Part shown: piece after piece, positions 27,581-40,955 of the stretch | Numbering within the stretch: the first letter of the stretch is position 1 | Layout: every line of letters begins with the position of its first letter | The notes under the pieces: generated by a model | Told to the model about the DNA's origin: nothing | Database searches by the model: none | What the model saw: the letters and a program-made list of their open reading frames with translations, nothing else | Position numbers and translations under genes: made by a program | NCBI GenBank assembly: GCA_050084515.1 | Contig: CM114271.1 | Span: 33,170,001 to 33,234,000, forward strand | Direction: 5' to 3' | DNA length: 64,000 bases | Source: Blasia pusilla | Taxonomy: Eukaryota

Positions 27581-28429
27581 AATATTAGAGAGAACTCTAC
27601 TCGGTTCGGCGTTCAGCTCAAGCCTCTTTTAGGTGTGTGCGGTTCGCTCGCTCATAGCCGAATCCCCGTGAAGGTCTAGCGATCGGAGCGAGTTGCGGTG
27701 TGTTCTCCTGGACTTTTAAGAACACTGTGAAGGAGCTCCCAGACGGTGAGAAGATCGAAGCGGGTGCGATTGACTGAAGGGAGTGAGTGAAAAACCTTGA
27801 GCCATAGGCGATACAAATTGCGTGACTGGGTGCACGCCCTTGGGGAATCCAAACAACCGTGTGGATGTGTGCATTTGTGTATGTGGATGGCATTCTGCTG
27901 TTCAAATCCGTGGGATCGACGGAACTCGTTTCAATCCAGCCTTCCACGAACAGAAGCTGGTCCATCCTAGAACCGTCAAGCCTTGAGGCACGTACTGTGC
28001 ACAGGAATGTCGCAGTTCGAGTAGATGTCAGCTTTGCACGAAATCTCTGGACTAGACTACCACCTCCTCCGTGCGATTGGAACCGGAGGGCTTCGTGCTC
28101 ACTTGTGATGGGCAGGATAAGTTCGGACTGATCATATGATAGTCAGTTCGATTTCGACACTCTGGAAAAGACCGTCGAAAAACAAGAAAAGAGCATTCAA
28201 CCGCTAACTTGTCGAAAACAGCAGTACGGAGCACCACCTTCATCAAGGGAATCGATGAAAGGAAAGAAATTCTCGACGACGGGAAGAGGGCTCCTCAAAG
28301 TAAGCTATTCAAAGGTAGTGGGATTCCCGTTTGGAGAAACGGGAAACGGGAAAGCCAATTAGGACATTAAGAATTCAGTCCTTTTTTCATTATAGTAAAA
28401 TATTTTTATAATGCAATATTATTTAAAGC

Positions 28430-30065
28430 TCATATGAGTGAAGGGGAGTTCTGAATACAAGGTGGTTCATAGAGAGGTAGAGGTCCACCAGAGATGGTTG
28501 TCAAATGGAGATACTAGTTTGCAGGATTGTAACAATGGCATTGAGACTTGCTATTGACAAACAAATATGATATGAAGCAAATAGGAATATGGATGATCTC
28601 GGATGGATATGTGGGGTTGCATAGATGCAAGCATCTGCCGTAGTTACACAAGGATGTGCAATAGTGTTGGATCCACAAGGAGAGGAAGTCGGTGGACACA
28701 ACATGCTTGCTCAAAAAATGTTGTCCAAGGCGATGAGGATTCCATCAATGAGTCCTAATCAGACCACTCGAAGCTTGGATGTTGGGGATGTACATATATG
28801 GCAAATGATGTGGGTGGTAGGCAACTTGACACCCATTACTAATCTTCACGAGGAGCCCATGCCGAGTACATTGTTGGAGGCCACTCGCAACAAGCATATA
28901 CTGTGCCCTGAGGTTTTCTGCCTTAGATGTCATTACATGGGGAGGTACACCCGTTGAGCTTTCCCGTTTGTTCACTACGCTATGTGGACGTGTAGATGTT
29001 GTGTCTGCCTCACTTTCAAAGGTAGTCATGTAGGAGGTGGTAGATCTGTCCTTGGAGCATGTGCTTGAGATGTCTACCAATGGTCCATGGCAAGTCGCAA
29101 CTATGAGATTGGCAAAGATGCATGCTAGACCCTCTATAGAGCATACCATGCTTGTACTTGGCATGGTGTTATTGGATAACCAAACAGAGATATGTGGCTG
29201 TGTAGATGTTGTGTTTGCCTTACTTTCAAAGGTAGTCATGGAGGAGGTGGTAGATCTGCCCTTGGAGCATGTGCTTGAGATGTCTACCGATGGTTTATGG
29301 AAAGTCGCGACTATGACATTGGCAGAGATGCATGCTAGACCCACTATAGAGCATACTATGGTTGTACTTGGCGTGGTGTTATTGGATAACCAAAAAGAAA
29401 TTTCACATTTGGTTAGTCTAGGAGGTCAAGTTTATTGTCTGCAACTTGTTTTGTTGGATTTAAGAATATAATCCTTGATTTTAGGGATTGCAACTTTTAT
29501 AGGTTTGGGCCTAAGTCAAACCAAAGTTGAGTGATGTTTGTTTTGCATTCAGATTTCACTAGATCGGTCAATATGATGTAGTTGATCACCGGAGATGAGA
29601 TAGTTGTGAGGCTTAGAAAAAAGCACCGATGAATAAGTCAAGGATCTAGGCCAAGGCGATAGTGACACATATTGAGCCCTATGGCGTCTAGGTGGGTTGT
29701 TTATTTCCATGTTGGTTCATTGGTGGTATGTTCTAACCATCACCAAGAGAGCTAGCAACATTTCAACTTTCAACAAGACCATGACATGGCTAGGAGATTT
29801 GATTTAGAACTGCATATCCATGGTCAATTTTCCTATGGAGAGGAATGTCATAAGGGTTGAATATTTTGATGATCGAGGAGATGTTCCTTTATAGGGATCC
29901 ATTGAGAATCTTTGACGAAGTACAAACACGGACGTGAAAAAATCTTGGAGTGAGGAGCTTATGGCTAATCGAGATGGGGCTAGATATTTTTGGGAGGAAC
30001 ACCATTGGTTTGGATGTCGTGTTACAAGCATGTCTATGAATACAACAATAATTGTATGTGGACCG
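28430..30065 (+). mobile_element. Old decayed fragment (gag C-terminus, protease, linker) of the same Gypsy family as 36612-46987
   Basis: EVVDLPLEHVLEMSTDGLWKVATMTLAEMHARPTIEHTM aligns with EVMDLPLERMLGPSTSDTWQAAAARMAEMPARPAIERAM. LVSLGGQVYCLQLVLLD aligns with the protease entry. Similarity continues to the TTPIVW region just before MTase motif I. Confidence 0.8.
28981..29400 (+). repeat. 210-bp tandem duplication (70 codons) inside the Gypsy relic
   Basis: 28981-29190 and 29191-29400 both run TATGTGG..GTGTAGATGTTGTG ... GGTGTTATTGGATAACCAAA. Confidence 0.9.
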
Positions 30066-30349
30066 AGATGAGACTACAAGGAGAGTCTCACTTCAATGTA
30101 TAGCTTAGTTGTAGTTATATTTCCTAGATACAAATGACAACAATACATTAAGGATTAGTAGAGTTCCTTGCTAAAGTACATCTTACTATCAAGGTCATCG
30201 AATTCGAATTGGATTGGTACCATCTATTTCCATTGATGATTATAGATTAGATATCTTAGGGTCATTCTAGTGCCAAATGAGGGGCTAGCTTAAGAGACCC
30301 CATATTAAGGTTATTTTGAGAGATGGTGCAGATCATACAACATCTATAT

Positions 30350-30778
30350 GAGTATGAGTCTTGTTCCCCAACATAAATTATTTTTGCGCCTCTTGAACGT
30401 TAGTCTAATGTATTGCAAAAGCATACATTCATTAGGTTACGCTCTCCTTACTAATCTGCACCCAAAATCACCCACGTTAGCCATTTTGTGGGTCAATCAA
30501 TCTCACATCTCCCAAGTCTTGACCTTGGGCTATCCTTCAAGATCAAAAAATCTAAGTGGGGTCACATACCAACCTAACCCCTCACTCCCCGATACAAGCA
30601 AGTTCTTCAAGACTTGGGACAGACTTTCTTGATAGTCGGAGAACCTAAAATGGCGTTAGTGCGCCTGGTGGTCCCAACTGCCCAATGGACCTCAAACAAG
30701 TCTCTAGTCATACTTAATATTTGGATACAAGTCAAGGTCTAAGGTTGATAATCTAGACTTGTTTGAGTGTTCATGACA
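30350..30778 (-). repeat. Degenerate, internally shortened LTR related to the chromovirus LTR at 55862
   Basis: The reverse complement starts TGTCATGA and contains CAGTTGGGACCACCAGGCG...AAGTCTGTCCCAAGTCTTGAAGAACTTGC and ...ACGTTCAAG, matching 56575-56850. Confidence 0.6.
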
Positions 30779-33700
30779 TGGTGAACAAGAAGCAAACTAC
30801 CATCCAATATGATCTATAGGAATTCCACCTTCCATTGTTACCATTCTAGAGATACATGTCATTATAGTATAGACATAATCAACATATGATTATCTAGAGT
30901 TAGAAGGATCTAACCACAACTTAAGAGGTTTATAGCATAGCCTTTTATGCGTATGACTATGTGTGTCTTCGTTGCGATATATGATCATGTTTCAGATTTG
31001 AAGTTATGTAGATGCTGAAGATGATGAGTGTTATGTTGTAGTAATAGTAATCTCTTTATCTAGAGACTCTAAAGATCTGGAAGAAAAAAACATTCCATCC
31101 TCCAAATTTTTTGTTGCTAATAATCGTATTGTGTTTGCTCGACAATCACACTTTTACCACTTTGTATGATTATGGTACGACTCAAACCCCTGGTTTTTAG
31201 CCTTTCCAAAATACTTGAAAATTTACATGTTTAATAACCAAAAATTACATCGATAGTTATAAAGCATCATCATATGTTTCAAAGGGTTTTGATATTTCTA
31301 GATCTTATGCTTGATCCAAGATTTTAGCATGTAATGCCAATTTTTTTTCATTGATCTCAAACATCCCAATACATGTACTCCAAATAATTTATCACATGCA
31401 ATGTTTTGAAATTTATGCAGAAAAAATAAGAAAAAATACAAAAATATATATGTACGAAGATAATTCTTATAATCACGGCATCATTGTGGTTTTCACATAA
31501 CTTTTATATGAAATTACGTACTACTGGCCTTTACGTCAATGGTTGTCATGATCTCACTTAATTATTCCCTAAAGTAGTGGGAATATAACATGGAGCATTC
31601 TCTAGAAGAGATGGGTGCAATACTTGCCACCCATACATGAGTCAAGCCAATGCTCATATCACAAGTATCCCCTAGACCATAGCTTCCATGAGAAGAACAA
31701 CCCAAGGGCCCCTTGAGCATGTTTCTCAAAGGTGTTTTCAATATCTATCACTTCCTTGGTAGTATTATAGTCAACCCACATCAAAGTGACGGTAATCGGT
31801 GATTTTGTATGATCTCTACAATAGTATAGTGGTAATGGAACTTACCCATATCCATCTCATGGCCTCGAGCTTCTAGATTGACATTACTTCCGCTCATCCA
31901 TATTTACTTATCTCCAAAACTAATATGTTTTCATATAGAATGTTGATTAAACATGTACATTACATTTCAATGAGTGTTTGAGTGAAATTTTATATGTATG
32001 TTGAATTATTAGCTAACAAAATAAAATTAAGTATTTAGACATTTTATCGGTAGCTTGTTTGTATGGTATGGTCTAGGAGAAGAGATTTTGGTCGAAGAGG
32101 AAATAAAGCAAAAATATTCTTTGTTGGAACCATGATGAAAAAAAGTCTAAAGTAATCATGGTTGGTGGTGAAGTTAAAATTGAGGTAATTGGGATAGTTT
32201 GGAGTATAAAGAATGCTTTTTATGATGTTTGGGATGAGATAAAAGATAAGCTACTAATATCCAAAGTATAATGGTAGAAGCTATGAGAGAAACCCATGTG
32301 GCACAAGATATAAGAGGTCTTATTTTATACTCTTGTAACTTCCTTGTGCATTTAGAAAACATTAGTAAGAATGCTCGTGCGATGCACTGGCATCTCACGG
32401 GCATTGAGAATAATATGAAGATAATTATTGAAAATTGATTTTAGACAATAGATTTGATTGACAATAGACACAAAGTTATTCATCTTCCTTTCTATTGAAA
32501 ATTTATTTTTTTAATTATACCCCACTTTTATAGGGAAATTTTTTTCCTAAAATCATTAAATTTGAATAATGGTGAAAGGCAATAATACAATATACGTGTC
32601 TAGCTGTGAAGCGGTAGTGTGGAGAGTATTTCCGAGCTCAATTTGAGTGTCAGTGGAAGAGGTGGAAGAGATGGGGCGTGCGATTCTGGTGGGGAAAGGG
32701 AGATGAAAGGGATATGGAGGTGCGTCGGGTTTGGGTGCTTGATGTGAGAATATTTGTGGATCGTGCGGTTTATTATAGTGAATTTCGTGGTGGCGGACGA
32801 AGGCAAAATTTTGTGGGTTGAGGCTTCTTTGGAGTGTGGGAGTGCGGAAGGCTCGAGAGATGATTGATTTGGTTGTAAGAAATTTGGGATGTGTGCGGGT
32901 GGGAATGGGAGGAGCCGCGCATGGCGGTCCCTTGCCTGGGATTGGGTGCTGGGAGTTATGTCAGTGAGAATAGGGTGCGGACCTACATCAGCGGGTCTTT
33001 AGGGATTGCATTTTCTCTACTTCTGAGATTCAGGTTTGTTTGTATGGGACCTCCATCAATAGTTTTGGTGTTTGATAGAGTTTCCCAATCCCAAGATTTA
33101 TGTGTGGCGCCTCTATTAGTATTTTTGGTGTGTTATAGATTGCGGTTTTTTTGTGGCATCTCGATCATCAACTGTGGGGTCTGGTGGATTTCTCTTTCTC
33201 TTCTTCATGATTTAGGCTTCTTCGCTAGAGGTCAATTACTTGATTGAGCTCACAATTCGACCTAGGGGTTCCAATCAGATGTTCTAATGAGCCCTCGTTG
33301 ACAAGTCTAATGGTCACCGAACGGTCATCTGTGTAGATATGAGGAAGGTTTTGAGATGAGAGGAACTTATGGCGAGGAGTATCAAGACTTGAAATCCAGA
33401 CAGTGAATCATGGAGCAGAGCAAAGGGCTTAGTAATTGGGGGTGAAGTGATTTCAGCTCATGACAATTGGACCTTCGTGTGTGCTTGAGGGCTTGGGAGT
33501 GCAGAAGCACAACTATGGGGTTGGACTTTAAAGCGAGAAACAAAATAGTGTTGCAGGGTGCAGCTGATGGAGGCCCGGTTCCCGCTGGAAACCTAGATCT
33601 CCAGAATGAGCTCCCCGCATTCTATGGCGGTGCCTACTAGGCTCTACCTCCCTCGTCCACAAACTATGTTGGGCCTATGGAGATATGCCGAGCTCCTTAG

Positions 33701-35499
33701 AAGGGCCACGGGTTATTCTTGACCAAAGATGTTGGACTCTTAGTGTGCAATCCCCTAGCATTGATTTTCCCAAAGAAACATGATCTAAATCAGACTGGAG
33801 CATTGAACAATAGGTTGACATCGCAATGGCGTAGGAGCCATTCGGTGGGTCTAGAGGATTTCGTCTTCTCATGCAAATTTGAGAGAGGCATCTTCTTACC
33901 AGCTTGTCATCAGCAAAAATTACCTTTGCACAGATTCTCCTTCCGCTTTTGGCATGCGATTTATAGATTTCTGGCCACTCCCTTCTCCGCTGCCACACCC
34001 TCCTCCGATGGTAGGTGCTACACTTTCGCTGCGATCCTAGCATTCCCACTCGCTCCACCGTCAGAATATAGCAGCTGGTTCACTTCTGCCTCTCCCTTCT
34101 CCAAAGTAGAGAAGAGAAGTACATTTATTTGCTCTCAAAAAGGCTCAAAACCTAACAAGTGTGAGCCTCGAACACGTCGAGCAAGGATTGCCTTTCCATG
34201 AACGCACAAAATTCCCCTCCATGAACGCACAAAATCAAATCAAATAATCAACCAACCAAACCTTGGCACAAGTCGGGAAGTGAAAATAGGATTCCTTAGG
34301 ATAATAGCAGCGATTATTTTTTAAGGTATGAGGCTTCACTTCTTATAGCCATCATGCCCTTTTTTTTCTTTTTTCCTTTCCTCAATTAGTAACCCCCATG
34401 CTCCGTAAATAGTATAGATGAGGGACTTTAAAGGGTTTATTATCTTGGATTTTCATCTCTTCAGTTGTCTAATATGCTCCTCTTCAAAAATATGTGGGAA
34501 CTTTTTCAATGATAGTAGACTACTCCTCTTGGGAGAGTAATTTGAACATGATCTATTGTTGAGGAGTTTGGGAGATTGAGTGGAGATCCTTCTAAAGTAA
34601 GTCATCATATTAGAGAATGATAGTTAATCAATGAGTATTAAAGGGTATATATAGATGTCGTACATGACCATAGAAGTACATATATAGAGGGAAGGGAAGG
34701 GGCATGTTTGTTGGTCATGAATAAGATGGAGTGAGAGTGGTACGTGATTTTGAATTTCTTAGGCCCTACAATACAAGAAATATTTTCATAGATAGATATT
34801 GGTTGTGTGCTATGTACTTAACCACTATTGAAAAATATTCATAAATCAAGTTATGTAATCTCTAACTCCAATGATACATTGATTCTTTAAATCATCACCT
34901 ACGAAAGGACTTGGGATTGGACACTTCATGTGCTTATTTAACAACTCATGGATTTAAACAAACTTCCTCAAGTTGGTTTCAATATTAGTTGTAGAATTTC
35001 CTAAATATGAAAAAGTAAATAATTTATAGAAAATTTTTGGTAGGCATTGGGATTAGATACTACAAGGAAATTCTTACCTCAACACAAAAAAGAAGATAGA
35101 GAATTAGATGGAAGGGACGGGAAAGACAAGGATATGGAGAGGTCCTCCTTTCTCAATATAGAAGAGGGATGAAACCTCCATCCATTATAGAGGAGCATAA
35201 ATGAAAGATATGGAATTAATCAATATCCTTCCTTTTCTTTAGAGGGATAAGTTTGGATGGATACTATCGAAGCATATAAATGTTCATATCTCATACGTGT
35301 GCATACATTTCTTTTATGAACTATAAATAAATCTTCATGGATATGAAAGAAATTCTAACTTTAGAACATTTTCAATGTATTATATCCCAAGTCAAAAGTT
35401 ATTTCCTTGTTTTTAACATGTCATACTAAATTTGAAAAGTAACTTCTTCCATTTTAAATCCACTTCAGTAGAAAAAAAACTCAAAATAGGATAAAGAAA

Positions 35500-36611
35500 A
35501 GAAACAACATCCTAATAATGGAAGGAGGCAAGAAACAAAAAAAGGAATGTATAAAGAAAATGGCAATAATCCAACATATATTAATTCCTTGAAACAAATT
35601 TGGCATGAATACTAGTGGTTGATCAAACGTGAATAGACAATGAAGTGAGGAGGCGCCAACCACTTCCACTTCATGTATCAATGCCAATGTTTCGATACGT
35701 TGTAATTCCATTGAGATATATTGTTGGAAATAAGTAGTAACAATGGAGAGAGGACTTTGAGAAGGGGCGAATTGATGATACTCAAGGGAATGGTAAGCAC
35801 ATGCTTTTAGGAAAGTATAAAAAGACATATATAAGTGCTAAAAAATTTCCACTACAAAAAGAATAAATCCATCGGTTGAATGTCGTATTGCATAACTTAA
35901 TTCCTTGATTCTTATTGATGCATTGGCCACTAAACCTTAGTGTGTGCAACCCGACATATGAAGTTAGAACATGTTGGATCAACAACCAATAGAAAAAAGT
36001 CAACTCAAGCCTTAACATGATCAACTCTTTGATGAGAGATTACTTCTACATTAGAAGGTAAGACATATAGCTACTCTTATCTAACGGTGTATTTAGTATT
36101 ATTAGCCACGAATGTTATTTCTTCTCTTATCATATCATGCATCTCTATTTTTCCTCCACCATCTACATATTGGAGAATGAAGATACCCTTGGATCAATGG
36201 GCTCCCCATACACACAATTAGACACACCTAAAAGCAAAGGATGAGGAAGTCCAAGGTGTAATTCCACAACTTTCAAGAATATACTTTATGGATAACAAAA
36301 TGTAAAAATAAGAGGATTTGTAGTAAGTCATGCCCCTTCCCCTCCCTCTTACACCCACACATGAATGTAGACAAGATCAATGAGTATCAAAGGGCGCCTC
36401 AAAGAGATATAAGAAAATTCAATTTTGTGCAAATTCTCAAAGATAAACTCTTAAGGTCAATCAAACCCTTCTATAATCAATTGAGTGAAAAGAGGTAGAA
36501 TAGCTTGTGTAGCAAGTGGAAGAAGAGTATGGATAGATCTCTGATATTTTTGGAATAATACATCCCCCTTCTCTACATATGCCACATAATCCATTAAAAT
36601 AGATGCATCTC
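35500..36611 (-). mobile_element. 3' part of a decayed CRE-like non-LTR retrotransposon (Zn finger / restriction-like endonuclease region)
   Basis: Minus strand gives LHLGLPHPLLLGVSNCVYGEPIDP (cf. RLGLPHP..C.CG..ID) and TYFQQYISMELQR (cf. terminal RQRVSIALQR). It continues on the far side of the Gypsy insertion. Confidence 0.65.
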
Positions 36612-36739
36612 TATGGTGCGCATACACATCGCTACACAACATACATCGTTGTCACCAAACACGCACACAAACACGCACGATCCCATGCTAACTCATGACA
36701 TCCAAACAACGAGACAAGAAATACCAAAATATCTCCAAT
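36612..36739 (-). repeat. Split repeat B2 (128 bp), 3' terminus of the element
   Basis: Direct copy of 37250-37377. Its left end TATGGTGCGC is a two-mismatch version of TGTCGTGCGC. Confidence 0.92.
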
Positions 36740-37247
36740 AAAGTAAGATCCAATCTCTCTCTACACAATCTCACACCATAGCTCTCAAAGGTGTGCACTC
36801 TCTCTCATGTCAAACCAAACCGACTCTGCTAATGAAAGGCTTGGGTTACACTCACAAGGCAAGGGACCATAGCTCCGCCGCCTCATGCCAAGAGGTTCAA
36901 CAAAAAGAGAATGAGCTCTCAAGCTCTTTCTCTCCTTGGGATATATACCCCCCCCTCTCCCAAGCTCTCTCCATGGTAACCTATTCTCCCAAGTCACCTC
37001 CTTGGCTCTTGACCTGATGTAGGAGGTCAAGGGCCACTTACCAAAATAGAAAGTTGATCATATACTCAAAATGGTAGTTATCTAAAATAGTAAGTTTCTC
37101 AATATGGCTCCAAATGAGCCAAAATGAACCTGCTCTCTCAGGTTTCCCGGGGCCTCAACAGGTCTTCCTCGACCTCCTAGGCCTGTCCTACACTACTCTT
37201 GAAGACGTTCTACTAGATCTCACCGATCTATCCTAAAGGACGTGACA
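36739..37247 (-). repeat. Split repeat A2 (about 509 bp)
   Basis: Direct copy of 46481-46987, roughly 96% identical by eye. Begins TGTCACG on the minus strand. Confidence 0.95.
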
Positions 37248-37249
37248 GT

Positions 37250-37377
37250 TGTCGTGCGCATACACATCGCTACACAACATACATCGCTGTCACCGAACAC
37301 ACTCACAAACACGCACGATCCCATGCTAACTTATGGCATCCAAACAACGAGACAAGAAGTACCAAAATATCTCCAAT
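37250..37377 (-). repeat. Split repeat B1 (128 bp)
   Basis: Lies directly downstream of the purine tract. Ends ...GCGCACGACA and is joined to A2 by a 2-bp spacer (CA-ac-TG on the minus strand). Confidence 0.92.
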
Positions 37378-37390
37378 CGCCCCCCTAGCT
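37377..37390 (-). promoter_or_regulatory. Polypurine tract candidate (AGCTAGGGGGGCGA)
   Basis: G-run immediately upstream of B1. No purine tract precedes A2. Confidence 0.6.
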
Positions 37391-37569
37391 GGTGGTTAGG
37401 TCCCTCTAACTCTAAATAGCCATCTATCCCTACCTACCATGACATACATCTCTCAGACGCTAAGAGCAAGAAGGTCGGGTGCTCATGTGGCCCCATCGTT
37501 AGTCGCCTTCTTGTCATCCATGTCAGAGAAAAAGTCGGGATCAAAACCTACCTAGTATCTCCTCTATAT

Positions 37570-37710
37570 ACATTTGGGACACATCCATCATCCTCGAGGA
37601 ACCCTAGTGAGAGGTGGCGTCAGACATGCCATATGCCAACCTCTCAAACAACCATCACAGACTAGCATTGTGGCCGCACCACGGGTAGAACCATACAACA
37701 TACAACGCAA
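37570..37710 (-). pseudogene. PHD finger at the integrase C-terminus
   Basis: RCMLYGS...[30 protein letters not shown] follows the C4HC3 pattern with the LxCDxCxxxWHxxCLxPPLxxVPxGxWxC signature. The second Cys is mutated to Tyr and there is one stop. Confidence 0.9.
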
Positions 37711-37719
37711 GCCTGCAAG

Positions 37720-38900
37720 AACTACTACTAAGCTCGGATCCATTGTACCATCAATGTTAGGAAGGTGACATGGTGCACAATCACGCACATGGTCCTTCCA
37801 TACCATACCATCGCGTCCCTCCAGCAAGAGAACATCGGATGGCAAAACGTAACGCACTCTCAAGATAGTGCGCCCTGCAGTCACATCCAACGTCGTAGGT
37901 GCCATTTGCTGCAAGTAGACATGATCTCCCTAATGAAACCTCCGGATAGTTGGTCGATAACCACCACCCCGAATAGTCGCATACCTCAACGTATCCCGAT
38001 GTTGCGCAATCGCCAAGTTCTTGAACGTCATGGGCATCACTCTCCAAAACAACTCAGCCCTCTGAGAACATGCTCGCATCCATACATCTGGGTCATCAAG
38101 TTCCAGCATCTCGATGAATGGCCGTAGGTAAGTCTAGCTCTCGCCATAAAGTGGCAAGTACAGTGAAAAAGACGCTAAGGATGCCTGCCTGTTGAATCTG
38201 TATCCCATCGCCAACCAGGGCAACTGGAGGTCCCAATCTCCTAGGTGACCTCTTTGCAAGCCATACTTGCGTAAACCCCTCTTTACCGTCTGCACAACTC
38301 TCTCCCCTAATCCATCCGCCTCGGGATGATCTCGCGAAGTCGTACGATGGTCGATGAGCGCCTGATCACACAAGGCCTAGAACTCACCGTGAAACTTGGA
38401 ACCCTGGTCTGTCAACACCTCAGCCGGTGCGCCATAATGACTCAACACTCTGTCAAGGAAGGCATAATCTACTCCCTCACTCGCTTTGTCAGGCAATGCA
38501 ACCAACTCGATCCACTTCAAGAAGTGCTCGACCATCACCAACACATAACGAATGTGACGCTTCGTCAAAGGCAAAGGTCCTGCAAAATCCAAACTCCATC
38601 TATACCCTAAGCCCATGATCGGTAATGCATGCAACTGTGGAGTCGGAGCATTGAATGATGCTCGGACCCGATCACATACCATGCACTTGGCAACAAACTG
38701 CTGAACGTCAATCTGCATGCCTTGCCACCAATACTCAATCTAGAGCAAGCTGTACGTCCGCTTCACCCCAAAGTGATCCAACTCCTCATGGGCATGCTGC
38801 ACTAGTCGTGCTCTCAGCGAAGGATGTGGCACTACGCGTACTCTACCATCCTCCCACACCCTCAAGATATGTGTCTCCTCCCAACGGAACCGTCTGGCCC
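37720..38900 (-). pseudogene. Retroviral-type DDE integrase (HHCC plus core)
   Basis: HAHEELDHFG...KCMVC zinc-binding motif; WSLDFAGP...VLTDQG...HPEADGLGERVVQTVK core. Broken by stops. Confidence 0.93.
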
Positions 38901-39190
38901 ATTGTAGGATCTGATCTCGCTCTCTAGCACCCACAGTGCTCGCAATACTGCCAATACGAAGGTACTCCAAGACTATTCCATCATCATGAATATCTCGGCC
39001 ACTTGTCGTCTCCTCACCGGCCTCGGGATCCAAGGACTCTCCACTAGACCTCGCCATCGAAGTCTCCACACTCTAGCTCTCCATAGCCAACATGCCTAAA
39101 TAAGCTGCCGCGTGCCATCCTGGCACTGACTCCTCATCACTCTCTCCATGCCACCGAGCTCCAGTCGCATCTCGCTGACTCGGGCATGGA

Positions 39191-39757
39191 TTAATAACTC
39201 AATCCATCTGCATCTTGGTTGAGCGTCCTAGGTCTATGTACCACCAGAAAATCATATTCCTGCAACAACAGAGCCCATCTCGCAAGCTTCCTTGTAAGCT
39301 TGTCGGACTCCATCAACCACTTCAATGGTTGATGATCAATGATGATGGTAAAGGGGTTGCCGAATAAGTAACACCTGAAATGCGCGATAGCCCACACTGC
39401 AGCCAAGCACTCATCCTCATACGAGCTGTACTTCGCCTCTGAAGCGTTGTTTGAGCGGCTAGCATAAGCCACCATGAACTCTCTACCCTCATCATCATGT
39501 TGGGTGAGCACCGCTCCAAGCCCAAACATGCTCCAATCTGCGTGCAACTGGAAAGGACGCCCCTGGATCGGTCTCCTCAAGATGGGCAACGTCAACCTGT
39601 CCTTGAGCAACTGAAATGCTTGCTCTTGCTCATCCCCCCAGTGCCACTCATGATCCACCTTTTTCAGCAAGGTCAAGGGCTTTGCAATCGAACTGAATCC
39701 CTTGACGTATCGCCGATAGAATTTCGCCAATCCCATGAATGCGCGAACACGGCTCAC
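39191..39757 (-). pseudogene. RT connection / RNase H
   Basis: VRAFMGLAKFYRRYV; PFQLHADWS..GLGAVL; YASRS; ECLAAVWAIAHFR; DHQPLKWL; LARWALLLQEYDF. Confidence 0.93.
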
Positions 39758-39759
39758 AT

Positions 39760-40500
39760 CTGTAGGGCACGTGGAATGCGTGAGATAGCCTCTACCTTTA
39801 TATGTTGAACACCAAGGCCCCCTGGGTATATCGTATGACCCAAGTACTCAATCTGGTCGTAGAAGAACTTGCACTTGCCTCGATGTAGCTTCAGCCCATG
39901 TAATTGCAATCGTCGAAACACCTCCTCTAGTTATCGCTCATGCTCCTCAACCGTGGCGCTAAAGACTATGATATCATCAATATAACACGTAGCAAAATCC
40001 AGACCAGCCAAGATCCTATCCATGACCCTTTGAAACTCAGCCGGGGCGTTCTTTAACCCAAATGGTAAGAACCGCCACTAGTACAAACAATCCTTCCCGT
40101 GAGGATCAATGCCCCAAAATGCCGTCTTCTGCATGTCCTCCAATCTGATAGGCAATTGATGGTATTCGGCTTGCAAATCCAATGAACTGAAGACCTTTGC
40201 GTGACCAATCACATCAAAGATCTCCTCAGGGGTGGGCATGGCATACCTATCGGACTTCGTCTGTCGATTGATAGGTCGGTAATCCCCACACATCCGCCTA
40301 TCCGTCCAGTTGCCATGCACATCCTTCTTGGCGGGCATGACAGTGGCAGATGCATACTCCCCATGGGACATCTCCACTAGTCCTGCTCCGACCAAGTTCT
40401 GGCTCCTACTCTGAATCAGAGCCCTCTCCATATCATTGTACCTGTAGGGTCATCGGAAGATCGGCGTATCACTCGAAAAATCAATGCGGATCCCTGGTCC
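39760..40500 (-). pseudogene. Reverse transcriptase (Ty3/Gypsy type)
   Basis: [43 protein letters not shown] and catalytic YIDD (about 39970-39985). Confidence 0.95.
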
Positions 40501-40955
40501 CTTGAGCGTACCCAAATCCTCCATGCTAAACGCAAATCCTCCTATAACTCCCGAGGAACTGATGTATCCGGCGCCGCTCTCCTCCTGTCAACTTAGGGCC
40601 CATATCTGGCTCCCAAGTCTCCATCGTGACTATGGTAGGACTCTCTGGCGCGGGTATCGGTGGTTGCTATGGTGCAACCCCGTCTCGAACAATAACACTC
40701 GGATGCTCTTCTACAGCCAACTGCAAACTCTGATCTCCTCCACGTGCAGTGCTTGGAACCACGCTCGATGTTGTGGCTATCATCTCCTCGCGTACTTGCA
40801 AAACATCCCAAGAAGACCAAGGGTGTCTCTCCTGATCTCCCCTCGTGTGTCGATCTCTTTGGGTCTCGCCCCCAACCATTGCCTCCACCGTCTCGGTAGG
40901 CATGGGGCTCACCAACGCAACCGCTGTGATCTGTCGCGATCTCATCCGACAGCTG

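Noticed and set aside
32600-34300. GC-richer block with 118-160 aa ORFs
   Set aside because: No recognisable motif; it could be a TE 5' region, but this cannot be supported.
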